NCBI GenBank assembly: GCA_038087875.1
Contig: CM075989.1
Location: 25,110,001-25,174,000, forward strand
Source: Malacoraja senta
Lineage: Eukaryota
Length of the DNA stretch: 64,000 nt
Direction of reading: 5' to 3'
Shown here: positions 63,124-64,000 of the stretch, one piece after another
How the letters are laid out: the number at the start of each line of letters is the position of its first letter
How positions within the stretch are numbered: position 1 is the stretch's first letter
Position numbers and translations under genes: made by a program
The notes under the pieces: model-generated
The model's database searches: none
What the model saw: the letters and a program-made list of their open reading frames with translations, nothing else
What the model was told of the DNA's origin: nothing

Positions 63124-64000
63124 AGATGGGCAGCGATGGGCGGGCTCTGTGATTGGGGTTCGGTGCTGAGCTGTGTGATCCGAATCCAATGCGGATTGTG
63201 ACGGGTCGGGCAGCAACTGTGGAGGGAATGGACAGCGGGACTGATGCTTCTTCAGACTCTGTCTGAGTTGATGAGTTCCTCCAGTATTTTGTCTTTTGTT
63301 CAGGATCCTAGTATCTGCAGTTCAATGTGTCTCCAATGAGGAACCGGAGCGGTTTCCAGTCTCCGCCGTGAACGGGTGGGACAAGTTGTCCCGTGTGTAG
63401 TCCGGGTGCGAGCTGAACGTCCCGGGGGGGGGGGGGGGGGGGAGTAGGGGAATCGAGGACTAGAGGACATAGGTTCAAGGTGAAGGAGCCGGGTGGTGGA
63501 GGGTGGTGGTGGGGGGGGAGCCGGGAACTTGCAGCAACTGATGCCGGGTGGAGTTTCGCTGCTCGCGGGTCTTGGTTACAAGACTCTGGCGACGTTACCC
63601 TGATCCGGAGTGAGTCTGGACCCGGGACCCTGCAAATTATCATGGGAACATGTACAGGAACAGGCCCTTCGGCCCACAGTGTCCCTATCCAACACGATGC
63701 CACCCGTGGGGTGGACGTGGTCACAGTGCGAGAGGAGGGGGTCGCAGTGGGGGGGGGGGGATTTCCCTGGATGGCGCCTGGGTGGGAACGCCACGCCGGC
63801 GAGGAGAGACCAGGCGCTGCCCGAGTTTTCTCGGAGCGGAGGAGTCTCGACCATTGCATCTCTCCACAGATGCTGCCCGACCCGCTGAGTTCCTCCAGCA
63901 TTATGTGTCTGCCTTTGTCTGAGGAAGGTTCTGTATGTACACAATTGTGAGCGGCGCGGGAGAGATGGGAACACACGTTTGTTTCCCTTTAGCGGAGTCT

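Larger units (their letters stand above)
60990..63960. promoter_or_regulatory. CpG-island-like region around ALDH1A3 exon 1
   Basis: Visibly high GC and CpG density (e.g. 61050-61130, 61720-61840, 62080-62420, 63340-63960) compared with the CpG-poor remainder. Confidence 0.65.

Noticed and set aside
61996-63216. 406-aa Pro/His/Thr-rich antisense ORF over ALDH1A3 exon 1
   Set aside because: The C-rich strand of the G-repeat and CpG island lacks stop codons by composition.

Overview
Vertebrate genomic DNA, most likely a cartilaginous fish (skate/ray-like). This is inferred from HE1/V-SINE-, HER1/CR1- and Neptune/Penelope-type repeats. The window holds the last two coding exons and 3' UTR of ASB7 (+ strand, 4014-4619 and 10254-10393, distal polyA signal at 14043). 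About 52 kb downstream are the CpG-rich promoter and first coding exon of ALDH1A3 (+ strand, 62297-62410), the same order and orientation I recall for human 15q26.3. The rest is intron or intergenic DNA packed with CR1/L2/L1/Rex1 LINE fragments, SINEs, a decayed hAT transposase and GC-rich minisatellites. Most long ORFs in the track are repeat artefacts. Three signals stand out. (1) More than 20 short Penelope-derived insertions carry all or part of a minimal hammerhead-ribozyme motif, and one subfamily forms exact 66-bp tandem arrays phased on the GAAACGUC cleavage half, a retrozyme-like system. (2) A perfect DR5 retinoic-acid response element sits in an AGGTCA cluster 1.8 kb upstream of the retinoic-acid-making enzyme ALDH1A3. 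(3) A hidden, highly degenerate ~47-bp dimeric satellite spans ~4.9 kb upstream of ALDH1A3. All family and gene assignments come from pattern recognition and memory, not database searches, and repeat boundaries are approximate.
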